Below are positions 53,201-63,155 of a DNA stretch of 64,000 nucleotides, in pieces. Below the pieces are notes generated by a model. That model worked only from the letters and a program-made list of their open reading frames with translations. It was not told the DNA's origin and did not search any database. The position numbers were made by a program, and so were the translations under genes. Each line of letters begins with the position of its first letter. The stretch's first letter is position 1. Source of the DNA: Tetramitus jugosus (taxonomy: Eukaryota; Protista; Heterolobosea); contig OW569390.1 in the NCBI GenBank assembly GCA_937625935.1, positions 1 to 64,000 on the forward strand, in the 5' to 3' direction.

Positions 53201-55498
53201 ATGAATCAAACACTAGAAATTCCATTACTCTCAGACGACGATGAAGATCTCACATTCAACGACGCTCAAAACTTGGCCCTCTCACTCAGTCTCTCTCATC
53301 ATCACTCTTCTCCATCATCACCATCATCACACATCAATAACACCAATAACACCAATAATCAAACAACAACAAGTAATATACCATTAGGTAAAACAAGTAG
53401 TCAAGATGATACTAACAACAACAATAACAATATGATAAAATCAACAACAAGTACAACGAGATCACTTCCAAGGTCTCTCATGGATATTTTTCCTGATCAT
53501 AAACCAAGAAGAACGACAACTGTGGCTCAAAAAATGAAAAAATCATCTTCTTCTTCCTCATCACCATTGAATGATAATGATATTACTATACCAACCACTA
53601 GTACTAATAGTAGTAGTAGTAAAAGTAGTAGTAATTTTACGAAACCTAAATTCAAGGTCATGTCACCTTCTTCCTCTCAATCATCATCATCATCTACTAC
53701 TACTACTACTACTAGTGACGACAACAATGATACTAAACTAAATAAGAAAAAATCATCATTAGTGACTCAACAAGTACAAGATGAAAAATTTATGAAACGA
53801 GTATTGTTCACAGTATCAGGCATAGGTCCAGAAAGAGCTCAATTAAGAGACACTGCATCCAAATATGGAGCCAAATATAGTAACGACTATACTCGTGCAG
53901 TCACGCATGTTGTTGTTGCAAATGATCGTCCATTGTTGACATCAGACAAGGTCAAGAGTGCAATCAAGGACGGAAAAATTGTTGTAAAGCAATCTTGGAT
54001 TGAAGATTGTCATCGAGCAGGTAAACTCTTGCCTGAAATCAAGTACACTGTCGGAAGTGCAAGTGGAAATGATGATAAAAGAAGGAATAGAAAATTTTTG
54101 GCAGGATCGGACGATGATGAAGAGGATGATGATGATGATGATGAAGAGGAGGAAGAGGATCGGGTGAGTAGTAAGAGAGGAAAAAAACGATCCATGATTG
54201 ATAATATAGCAGGTGAAGATGAAATTGATGATTGGAGTGATGATGGAGATGATGGTGATGATGATGAAGATGACGGGTGGAGACCCGGGTTAGCAAGTGA
54301 TGATGAAGATTATGTTCCACCGTCAAAGGTTGCCAAACGGTTTGATCGTCGTGTAAAATCATCATCAAATGATGATCGAAAGAAGACGATGAATAATAAG
54401 CATAAGAATGATAGCTCTGCAGTGCAGTCATCTTTGTCGTCATCATCCTCTGGTTTCTCACTGGCAAGTTTCAAAACAAAGTCATCTCAGATCCAAGAAC
54501 AAAAACCGTTTCTTTCTGATAGTGATAACACTGATATTGAAGATGATGGTGATTCAAAGATGATGAACACTAGTGCCTCTGCTTCGTCTTCATTCAAGAA
54601 TAATCATACATCATTGGCTGATCAACAACCAAGTGATGACAACAATGATAATGATGACACTCAGGTGATGGATCCAGTGGAATTGGACACGAAACCAGTT
54701 CAATCATCGTCATCGTCAGCTTCATCATCATTTGTACCATCCAATTTTGTTCCACTTTCGCAAGGCAATCAGAACAGAAGAGGCTCAAGTACCACCAGTA
54801 CTAATAACAATAACAATAATACTAATACCAGTGCTTATGAATGGCTGGCAGACATATTCAATGAACCAATCATGCAAAAGTTTTACGAGTCATACAATGC
54901 GGAAGATGGACTCAAGAGCAGAACAAAGTTTGTGCCATTTGTGAGAGAAACCTTTGATCGTGCGTACAAATCAGTCTCAAATACGGGAAGATTGGATGGA
55001 TTCTATGACGAATGGGAGTATGCGATATCACTACCGCGATGTATTATTCGATTGAACCGAGAGTTGTCGTCAGACAAGGACAAAATGCTACAGTATATTC
55101 CTATTTTGAAGCAAGTATGCTTGAAGATTGCATCTAATTTATCGGGTGAAAAGTTGGAGGAAGAACCAAAGCCAGTAGCTGCGCATGTTGCTTCGCCCAA
55201 CAAGAACTTGTCGAGTATCTTCACAGGTTTGCATTTCCATTTGAGCGATATGTTGAGCAGAGATGAAAAGCGAAGTCTAATGAGATCAATTGTCGCAGGT
55301 GATGGTGATGTTCATGGAGATTTCGAGAAGAGCAAGGATATTGTGACACACATTATTGCACCAGGTGATGCCAATCCAGCACAAATCAGAAGCGCCTACC
55401 AGAACACTGGAGCCAAAATCCTGGAGCCACTATTCGTCCAGCAATGCGTCAGAAGAAAGAAGATTGTAGATGCAGATCCATTCCTGTTACTCGACTGA
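53201..55498 (+). CDS. XRCC1: XRCC1-like DNA repair protein with two BRCT domains
   Basis: BRCT1 VLFTVSGIGPERAQLRDTASKYGAKY...THVV...SWIEDCHR; BRCT2 LSSIFTGLHFHL...LMRSIVAGDGDV; acidic linker. Confidence 0.75.
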   Translation: MNQTLEIPLLSDDDEDLTFNDAQNLALSLSLSHHHSSPSSPSSHINNTNNTNNQTTTSNIPLGKTSSQDDTNNNNNNMIKSTTSTTRSLPRSLMDIFPDHKPRRTTTVAQKMKKSSSSSSSPLNDNDITIPTTSTNSSSSKSSSNFTKPKFKVMSPSSSQSSSSSTTTTTTSDDNNDTKLNKKKSSLVTQQVQDEKFMKRVLFTVSGIGPERAQLRDTASKYGAKYSNDYTRAVTHVVVANDRPLLTSDKVKSAIKDGKIVVKQSWIEDCHRAGKLLPEIKYTVGSASGNDDKRRNRKFLAGSDDDEEDDDDDDEEEEEDRVSSKRGKKRSMIDNIAGEDEIDDWSDDGDDGDDDEDDGWRPGLASDDEDYVPPSKVAKRFDRRVKSSSNDDRKKTMNNKHKNDSSAVQSSLSSSSSGFSLASFKTKSSQIQEQKPFLSDSDNTDIEDDGDSKMMNTSASASSSFKNNHTSLADQQPSDDNNDNDDTQVMDPVELDTKPVQSSSSSASSSFVPSNFVPLSQGNQNRRGSSTTSTNNNNNNTNTSAYEWLADIFNEPIMQKFYESYNAEDGLKSRTKFVPFVRETFDRAYKSVSNTGRLDGFYDEWEYAISLPRCIIRLNRELSSDKDKMLQYIPILKQVCLKIASNLSGEKLEEEPKPVAAHVASPNKNLSSIFTGLHFHLSDMLSRDEKRSLMRSIVAGDGDVHGDFEKSKDIVTHIIAPGDANPAQIRSAYQNTGAKILEPLFVQQCVRRKKIVDADPFLLLD

Positions 55499-55562
55499 AG
55501 AGTATTGTACACAACAAATTGTCTGATGAAATAAAACATTGAATATTTAATTGTATCACTGT

Positions 55563-57092
55563 CTACTTCTTGAGCAATCCCTTCTTTGCTTTGATTTGCT
55601 TCATCTTGTTCTGCTTTGTAATCTTTTGTTTCAGTTGCTTGCTCTTGTTCTTTCTCTCCAAGAAGGTCTTCTTGTCCGCTCTCATACCAGCATAAGGATT
55701 GGCAGAAGTGGATGCATCTGCTTCGATCATTGCCTTTGCTGCAGCAGGCTTCTTCATATTCTTGTCTCTGAACGATTGCTTGTTTGCTCTCTCCTTCTTT
55801 GCTTCTTCTCTCTTCTTCTTTGCTTCCTTCACCTTCATGGCAGCAGAGTTTGATCGCGTAATACGGATCATATTTTCTCCCACTCTAAAATGTTCACTCT
55901 TGGTACATGCCAACGATGCGTCATCCTCATCACTAAACATGACAAATCCAAAGCCCCGTGATCTCTGAGTCTCCGCATCTCTCACAATTCTCACACGATC
56001 CACCTTTAGTCCCATCTTCTTCTCAAACAATGACCAAACATCTTCATCATCAATCTCAAATGGCAAATTACCCAAAAAGACGGATCGACCATGATCTCTC
56101 TTTGTCAATTGCTTGTGCTCTGTGAATGAACCATCATAATTGGTCACAAAATCAACAATCAAATGTCTTCCTTCAAAAACAGTTGCATTGAGTGATTTGA
56201 CTGCATTTTCCATTTGTTGTCTCATGATGACTGCTTGTTCATCAGTCATTATCACTACTGCAGCTGCTTCTGTTGCTGTTTTTTCTACTACTTTTTCAGT
56301 TGCAGCCTCTTCAGTCACTTCTTCTCTTGGATCCTTTCTCTTCAATAGTGGGACAGCAAAAACAACATATGCATTGGCAAATGGCTTTTGCTTCATATTG
56401 GAACTGTGACTCACAAGTGCAATTTTTCTGTTTTGTGTCTTTGCATCTCTGACTGCAATATTTCTCACACGAACCGTTTCTACTTTGCCAAATGGCTCAA
56501 ACAAGTTACGGATTTGTTTTTGTGCCTTTTTGACTTTTTTGTCCAAAATTGGGAAATTTCCGACAAAGAGTGTACGGTCGGAGAAATCAGCCTTCTTGAC
56601 ATATCTTCGTTCATCCATTTCCTTCTTTTTTTGTTTCTTGAGGTCACGTGTTTCTCTGAATTGTGACTTTTCAGCGTTATCTTCATTGGTATTCTCTTCT
56701 GTTTGTTGTTCATTGTTTTCATTAGAGCTATTGTCGTTGTTGGTGGTTGCAGCGTTTGCTTCCTCCGCCGTAGTTGTTGTCGTTTCGGATTTCTCCGTCG
56801 ATTTTTGTTTCTTGTTTTGGGTGTTTTTGTCCGACTTATTATTTCGCTTTCTTTTTTGAGCGGCGGCGCCAGACTTCTTGGCGGCAGCAGGTGCGGTTGC
56901 TGGAGACGACAATTGTTTCAATGCATTCGAAGATAATTTTTCCTGTGGTTTCACTGGTTGAGCTTTTGTTCCAAAAATTTGTTCAGTAAAAGTGGAGGAT
57001 GATGATGAAAGACCGTTGTTGTTATTGGTGGTGCTGCTGCTGGAAGAGAACAGAGCAGAAATGTCTCCTACTTTATATGCGTCAGTAGTCAT
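55563..57092 (-). CDS. RBM34: Nucleolar RRM protein Nop12/RBM34
   Basis: RTLFVGNFP, FGKVETVRVR, NAYVVF, NATVFEGRHLIVD, RSVFLGNLPF, VRIVRD...GFGFVMF, Lys-rich tail. Confidence 0.85.
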   Translation of the reverse strand: MTTDAYKVGDISALFSSSSSTTNNNNGLSSSSSTFTEQIFGTKAQPVKPQEKLSSNALKQLSSPATAPAAAKKSGAAAQKRKRNNKSDKNTQNKKQKSTEKSETTTTTAEEANAATTNNDNSSNENNEQQTEENTNEDNAEKSQFRETRDLKKQKKKEMDERRYVKKADFSDRTLFVGNFPILDKKVKKAQKQIRNLFEPFGKVETVRVRNIAVRDAKTQNRKIALVSHSSNMKQKPFANAYVVFAVPLLKRKDPREEVTEEAATEKVVEKTATEAAAVVIMTDEQAVIMRQQMENAVKSLNATVFEGRHLIVDFVTNYDGSFTEHKQLTKRDHGRSVFLGNLPFEIDDEDVWSLFEKKMGLKVDRVRIVRDAETQRSRGFGFVMFSDEDDASLACTKSEHFRVGENMIRITRSNSAAMKVKEAKKKREEAKKERANKQSFRDKNMKKPAAAKAMIEADASTSANPYAGMRADKKTFLERKNKSKQLKQKITKQNKMKQIKAKKGLLKK

Positions 57093-57365
57093 GGTCGTTT
57101 TTGTGCGTGTGGTTGTTTTTTTTGCTTTTCTGTGTGGAAAAAAATTGAAGTCTTTTGTGGTTCAATGAAATTGTGCATTGTCGCAAATTTGCTTTGTCAC
57201 GTGATTGGTTCATGAAGCTCTTGGTTGTAGCGCGACTTTTTATGAATGCCTGGATAACTTAAGAGTGCTTACATGATGGTAGTGAACAGATCTACCTCGA
57301 AGATGATCTGAACATGCTTCTCGTTCGTTTTCAGCTGATCTTGAAAAAACAAAATAAAAATAATA

Positions 57366-58223
57366 ATGAAGCACCATCAAAGATCAAGTGATGATCATCA
57401 TCATGGTGATGACAAAGGACAACAGATACTAAAGGAACAAGAAGAAAAATTGGAGAGTCTTCAATCCAAACTTGTTCAAAAACAACAAAAGCTTGGCATA
57501 CCATGCTTTATTAGCTCTGATGATTTTTTCAATAAGAATCAAGAGTTTAGAGTCTGGTTGCTCAACAGACACAAGCCCAAGAAGGGAAAATCCAAAAAGC
57601 ACCATCGATCTTCACGCAGCAGCGATCGTTTTGAGGAATTGAGCACGAATCGCGCCAAGAAATTATTTGAAAAATTTGTAAAAAAGTGGAATGACGGAAA
57701 ATTAGATGAGGCGTTGTATCGCGGCCTGCGATCTACGGAATTGAGCAATAGTGAACGAACGACGTTTCATTGGAATTTGAAGGATGTGAGTCAGTTTGAG
57801 TTGGACCTTTGTCGTGATAGTGTTGATACCAATACATTTGACATGGATTGGAATCAACAACGACAACAGGAGCTTCAACAACAAAAGAAGCAACATTCTT
57901 CGTCATCGGGTGATGGTCATCAAGGAGGCAAGGGTACAGGTAGTTCACATCGTCGTCGTGGTGAATATGACGATGATGAATATGATGATAGTCGTCCATC
58001 ATCAGTTGGTGATCGCATCATGGCTCAAGAAGGTAAACAAGCAAGTAAGCAGAGAGACAACAGAATGTACAGAAAGAGAAGAAGAGAAGATTTGGAAGAG
58101 TTGGCGCCAAGACCAGATCCAGGAAGCTATGAGGCAAAAAGACAAAAGCAACGGATGACTCACGAGAAGATACACGGAAGTAGAGATGCACTGAGTGATG
58201 ATGAATATGGTTCTTACATGTAA
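57366..58223 (+). CDS. Conserved hypothetical protein, SCI1 (style cell-cycle inhibitor 1)-like
   Basis: ISSDDFFNKNQEFRVWL, AKKLFEKFVKKWNDGKL, FHWN, LEELAPR. Confidence 0.65.
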   Translation: MKHHQRSSDDHHHGDDKGQQILKEQEEKLESLQSKLVQKQQKLGIPCFISSDDFFNKNQEFRVWLLNRHKPKKGKSKKHHRSSRSSDRFEELSTNRAKKLFEKFVKKWNDGKLDEALYRGLRSTELSNSERTTFHWNLKDVSQFELDLCRDSVDTNTFDMDWNQQRQQELQQQKKQHSSSSGDGHQGGKGTGSSHRRRGEYDDDEYDDSRPSSVGDRIMAQEGKQASKQRDNRMYRKRRREDLEELAPRPDPGSYEAKRQKQRMTHEKIHGSRDALSDDEYGSYM

Positions 58224-58261
58224 ATATGATTGTTCGACAAATACCTGACCTGCAGATTTGC

Positions 58262-58483
58262 AAAAAGCCATTATCAGACGAACCCCACCTGTGAAGTGAG
58301 GCCTTTTCCGTTATTTCTTATCATTGCAGTGGCGAAGGGTACGCAGACGGCGGTCTGACTCATACAAATCCCCACCCATGCACCGATCAAGTGCATGCGC
58401 ATCATGTGCTACTGGCAAGTTACACATGTACGACGCGGCTATACCGGCTCTTCCAAAGCAACAGTTGTCATCATATAGTAGGC
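58262..58483 (-). ncRNA. Long box C/D snoRNA candidate (U49-like guide)
   Basis: Box C AUGAUGA (58474-58468), box D CUGA (58277-58274), imperfect terminal stem, U5 tract, guide GGAAGAGCCG antisense to conserved LSU rRNA CGGCUCUUCC, internal hairpins. Confidence 0.65.
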
Positions 58484-58674
58484 GTAACAGAATCACTGTC
58501 AGCGCGTTCATTACTTTCAAGCCGCTCAAAATTTTGTTTCGAAAAAAATGTGGTTTCACTGGCAACAATGGAGGTCCAAATTCGCCTGTATGCATTTCTT
58601 ATTCCTGCCATCAACAACAGACAAATGAATGCTCACTACTTTTTATGTTATTTATTTCGTTAGTTGTAAACAAT

Positions 58675-60054
58675 TTAATTGAGTGGCTTGATAGCAGTGA
58701 CCTTACCAACACCAATAGTCTTACCCTCTCGAATGGTAAATCTGCCCATCTGTGGCAAGTTTTCAAACTTCTCCAGACATACAGACTTCTCCAACTCGAA
58801 CTTGACGAGCAACAGATCCTTGGTCTTACCAAACTTTGGTGGCTCTGGCAGCTTCTTACCAGTCTTCTTGTCCAACTTTGCAATAATCTTTGTAACTGTC
58901 ACGTGTTCGACAGCAGTGTGAACGTGAAGAACAGCAGTGTAACCAGAACTGAACAATGGCTTGTCCAACACCATGAATTGACCAATGAATTCCTTGACTG
59001 GCAACAATGGATTGGCTTCATCGCACAACACATGTCCAGCAGACACTTCAATATCATCACCCTTGATATAAATGGCAACATTCTCACCTGGGTTCACCAA
59101 CTCGTAATCATCATCGTGACATCTCAGTCCAATGACTTCAACCTTGGTCTTGTTTGGCATCAGAACACACTTTTGTCCAACGTGAATTCTACCAGATTCA
59201 ACCTTTCCCAGAATCACAGTAGTTCCTCTCTCCTTGTACTTGTCAATAATAGGGACACGCAATGGTCCATCAGGGCTTCTGTTTGTTGGCTTCATATCGT
59301 CCATTGTTTGAATAAAAGCGCTGCCCTTGTACCATGGACAAATGGTTGGACTGATCGGTTCGAGCAAATTGGCACCCGTGTAACCAGACACTGGAATAAA
59401 TGTCAATTGCTTGCCTGGATTGTATCCTACGCCCTTCAAGAATGGTGTGAGCTTACCCACAATATCATCATATCTCTCTTGACTCCACTCAACAGTTGGA
59501 TCATCCATCTTGTTAATCACAACAACCAATTGATCAATACCAAGAGTCTTTGCAAGTGTAGCATGTTCTCTCGTTTGTCCATCCTTTTCGAAACCAGACT
59601 CAAACTCACCCTTCTTTGCACTAATGACCAAAACTCCGATATCGGCCTGAGCGGCTCCACCAATCATGTTTGGAACGTAGGCACGATGACCAGGTGCATC
59701 CAAAATGGTGTATCGCTTACGTTCAGTCTCAAAATGAGCTCTTCCTACCTCTACAGTCTTACCCTTTTCTCTCTCATCTTCGCCACAGTCCAAAACAAAG
59801 GCCAAGAACCAAGAATCTCTTCCCTTTTCCTTTGCTTCTCTCTCATATTTTTCAATTGTTCTCTGATCGACCATACCAGTCGTGTACAAGAGTTGACCAC
59901 CTAGAGTCGACTTTCCTGCATCCACGTGACCAATAAAGACAATGTTGATGTGTTCTCTCGTGTCATATGTGTATTGTTTGCCGTTGAGTTCCATCTTGGC
60001 AAGTTGTTTCTCAACTCTTCTTACAGACATTTCGTCTTCTCCGTTCTCTGCCAT
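58675..60054 (-). CDS. SUP35: Eukaryotic peptide chain release factor 3 (GTPase)
   Basis: NIVFIGHVDAGKST, EKGKTVEVGRA, DAPGH, ISAKKGEFESGF, NKMDDPTV, GRFTIR.GKTI. Confidence 0.93.
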   Translation of the reverse strand: MAENGEDEMSVRRVEKQLAKMELNGKQYTYDTREHINIVFIGHVDAGKSTLGGQLLYTTGMVDQRTIEKYEREAKEKGRDSWFLAFVLDCGEDEREKGKTVEVGRAHFETERKRYTILDAPGHRAYVPNMIGGAAQADIGVLVISAKKGEFESGFEKDGQTREHATLAKTLGIDQLVVVINKMDDPTVEWSQERYDDIVGKLTPFLKGVGYNPGKQLTFIPVSGYTGANLLEPISPTICPWYKGSAFIQTMDDMKPTNRSPDGPLRVPIIDKYKERGTTVILGKVESGRIHVGQKCVLMPNKTKVEVIGLRCHDDDYELVNPGENVAIYIKGDDIEVSAGHVLCDEANPLLPVKEFIGQFMVLDKPLFSSGYTAVLHVHTAVEHVTVTKIIAKLDKKTGKKLPEPPKFGKTKDLLLVKFELEKSVCLEKFENLPQMGRFTIREGKTIGVGKVTAIKPLN

Positions 60055-60332
60055 TTTTTTTGTTTGTTGTTGTTATGAGTGATTGGTTGTTTGATTGTGT
60101 TTTTACTGCTGGCGAAACAGACACACGATAAAAAGCTTTTTTTTTGCGCGTGTGGTGATTGGTTGTTCAGCTGGTGTGTGAACACAATGGACGAGTCGGA
60201 GAAAATAGATACCCCAACAATCTCAATATGCGACCTTCAACAACGACGTTGAAACAATGTGGATACGATTTTATACAACAACTACGACTACCAGTCAAGA
60301 ATGCTGTGTCTAATGTTTTGAGAGAGCACAAT

Positions 60333-62000
60333 TTATTGATGTGCATTGGAACGAATGAGAAGGTCGAGAACACCACGAATCTTGGCTGCACTTCTCAAGC
60401 TGTCCAGTTCATCCCGAACCTTTGCTTTCAGTGTCTTCCACAGGCGATCACAATTTGGAGATTGACCAATAGTTTCAGCATAAATGGCAATGACATGATT
60501 GGCCACAGGGATCAACACTCTATAGAATCGAATATCTGTTGCATATTCGGCCAAGAATTGCAATATTGGAGCAAGTTCTGCCTCATTTCTTGCATCGAGC
60601 GCATTCAAGAGTTCGTTACGTGACATGAGTTCAGTAATCAGTGCGACACCTAATTCTGGTTTTTCCTTGTAGTTTGTAACGGCGAGGTCGAGCGCAGCCT
60701 TGTAATTGAATCCTCCCAACTGTTTGCTAAACTTGTCGAGTGCAGCAGATCGGGTCTCTCTGTTCAATTCATTCTGTATAATCAATGGGGAAACCAGTGT
60801 CTTAAAGTTATCGTTCGTTACCGTTTCTTCAGAGTCTTCTCTCTTGGAGACAAAGCTGTCTTCTCTCACAGATTTTAACAACAACTTGTCGGCCGTGGCC
60901 ACAAACATGCGCTTATCATCAATGGACAAGTCAACTGCCAAAACAGACTTTTCAAACGTCTTTTCAAATCTCAAATCACCATTGTTTGCGCCCCAGACTC
61001 TCACACTACCGTCCAAACTTCCCGCAATAATAGAATCGCCTCTGCACGATACACAGTTCACTTCATCACCACCCCAAATCATCTCTTCATATCCAATGTC
61101 CCATACAGAGATACCTTCACCGGCACCTACAACCTTACCACTACCAATAACACCTACAGATCTCACAGCAGTATCCATCTTCCAACTTCTCACACTCTTG
61201 ACTGGTTGTTGTCTCAAATCCCATACTCGAACATAGTGATCCGCACATCCCGTCACAACCAACTTGTCACTAATGCTAGAGACACTTGTCGTGTAATCAT
61301 CGTGCTTCAACACGGTCAATGGTTGATCCGAGTGAGTCTGAGACAACAAGTGATAGTGAACATCGGTGGATGCACTCAACACGTGAGCCTCATCTGGAAA
61401 GTGAACACTAGAGACAGCGTACTTGTGACTATAAAAGAGACGCAATGGAACAGTGGCTCTCGCAGACTCAATACCTCTATAAATAGCAACGACACCTTGC
61501 TTGTTCATTGGCTTGGAAGGACAGAAACCACCGACACCAAACACGGAGGCATCCTTTCGAAACACGGCACTCGCAGCAGTTTGAGCCAATTTTGGCATTT
61601 TGTAAATTTTGACCTTTTTGGTGAATTCATCGACATAGTGCATCTGAGCAGCTTGACCACAAGTGTACAACCATTGATTAGGGTTGGTTGGATGAGCACA
61701 AATGTGACTCACATTTCCAAATGCATCAAATTTGTGCTTTTTAAAGTTTACAAAATTTTGGAACAAGTTGGAAGCGTTTTTTGTAGTGAGCTCTGTTCGA
61801 CTGTGAACATATTTTTTGTATTGACGCTTTGATAGACCCACATGCTTTTGAGCTTCTAATTCTGTTGCTTGTTGTTGTTTGAATAGTGGATCATTTTCTT
61901 GTCTTATTATTTTTTGACGTTCGGCACGAGCGAGTTGCAATCGAGATAAAATATTTTCTTCCTCCTTTTTTGAGCTGTTGACTTGCTTGGTGAGAAACAT
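60333..62000 (-). CDS. UTP15: U3 snoRNP-associated protein 15 (WD40 + UTP15 C-terminal domain)
   Basis: WD repeats (HDDY...TGCADHYVRVWD, GSLDGSVRVW); C-terminal FNYKAALDLA...ELMSRNELLNALDARNEAELAPILQFL. Confidence 0.8.
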   Translation of the reverse strand: MFLTKQVNSSKKEEENILSRLQLARAERQKIIRQENDPLFKQQQATELEAQKHVGLSKRQYKKYVHSRTELTTKNASNLFQNFVNFKKHKFDAFGNVSHICAHPTNPNQWLYTCGQAAQMHYVDEFTKKVKIYKMPKLAQTAASAVFRKDASVFGVGGFCPSKPMNKQGVVAIYRGIESARATVPLRLFYSHKYAVSSVHFPDEAHVLSASTDVHYHLLSQTHSDQPLTVLKHDDYTTSVSSISDKLVVTGCADHYVRVWDLRQQPVKSVRSWKMDTAVRSVGVIGSGKVVGAGEGISVWDIGYEEMIWGGDEVNCVSCRGDSIIAGSLDGSVRVWGANNGDLRFEKTFEKSVLAVDLSIDDKRMFVATADKLLLKSVREDSFVSKREDSEETVTNDNFKTLVSPLIIQNELNRETRSAALDKFSKQLGGFNYKAALDLAVTNYKEKPELGVALITELMSRNELLNALDARNEAELAPILQFLAEYATDIRFYRVLIPVANHVIAIYAETIGQSPNCDRLWKTLKAKVRDELDSLRSAAKIRGVLDLLIRSNAHQ

Positions 62001-62243
62001 TTTTATCGTTTGGTGTTTGGTGTTATTGTGTGTTTGCTCTCGATTATTTTTTTTTCTGTGTGAAATTGTCCTCTGTTCATAAAGTTCCTTGAACCATCAG
62101 TCGGTGAAACAACAACGGGGAAACTTCAGTTTTTTGGGCGGTTCTGGGCGCCAACTACAAATGAGTCACCTGTGAAACCAAGTGTAACGAACTCGTTGTC
62201 AACAAAGCATTTTACTTGAACAAACACCTCACAAGAATTCTCA

Positions 62244-62654
62244 ATGTCATCCTATTATGAACAGAATCAAACGGTCACCATCAAAGGAAAGACCTTCAAG
62301 GTGACACCAAAAGAAAAGGAGGAGATGCTCAGAGCCACAGCTCCCACTCCAAAGTTCCTCGTGGATGACAAAGGTCACCTAGTAAACAGAAAAACAAACA
62401 GAAATGATGAGTTTCAGCAGAGTTCATCCTTCGCTCAGAAACCAAGAGAATGTGGTTCCCATGGATTCTCCTTCACCCCAGTCGGTTACAACGACTTTTC
62501 GGTGCGTTCCAATGTCATTCTAGAGGGAGTTAGACCTGGTATGAACAACACCAATCCATCTGCCTTCCAATACTTACCCAAAGTTCAAAATAATCAAACT
62601 ATGTCCATGTCCTATCGAGGTATGTTCCCATCCGATAAAGATACTTACGCGTGA
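62244..62654 (+). CDS. Hypothetical protein
   Basis: 136-aa ATG-initiated ORF with an AC-rich leader, divergent from UTP15. Confidence 0.6.
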   Translation: MSSYYEQNQTVTIKGKTFKVTPKEKEEMLRATAPTPKFLVDDKGHLVNRKTNRNDEFQQSSSFAQKPRECGSHGFSFTPVGYNDFSVRSNVILEGVRPGMNNTNPSAFQYLPKVQNNQTMSMSYRGMFPSDKDTYA

Positions 62655-63155
62655 GATCGAATCGTGCTAATCAATGATCAATTATAACTTGGCATCGTTT
62701 TCACTCAGTCCCGAAACCTGATTCCTCAGTGTTCAAGTAGGGCATGAGGACTCTAAGTACCATCAGATTCTTTGGTGAGAAACTGTACAGGAGTATTCGA
62801 TACAACAGACTCGAGTCGCATAAACAAATGACCTATTCTTAGATATCCTTGACAACTATCCACTCTTGGTCAGTTGAGTGTGGACAACTGGGAATGCAAT
62901 TCGGAATTGAGCTTCTATTGGAAGCTTTTTTCATCCAGGGTACTCTGTACATGATTTTACTCATCACATCTCACCCATGACAGATTTAGACAAGTCTAGT
63001 AAAGCCTCTCGGTTCACTCTGATCACCAACCCAGAACGTGCATTTCACAACTCGCCAAACCAATTCACCTACTCGAACAAAAAACTCCCAATTCCCATCC
63101 CACCAACATTGCCCAAACAAACAACAAACAACAAACACCATTTTTGAACCAAAGA

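Noticed and set aside
58262-58483. Telomerase RNA (C/D type, as in trypanosomes), U3 or U14
   Set aside because: No CCCAAA-permutation template, and no U3 A/A'/B boxes or U14 domains.
58324-59904. 526-aa plus-strand ORF
   Set aside because: Antisense shadow of eRF3 that also crosses the snoRNA candidate; no recognisable motifs.
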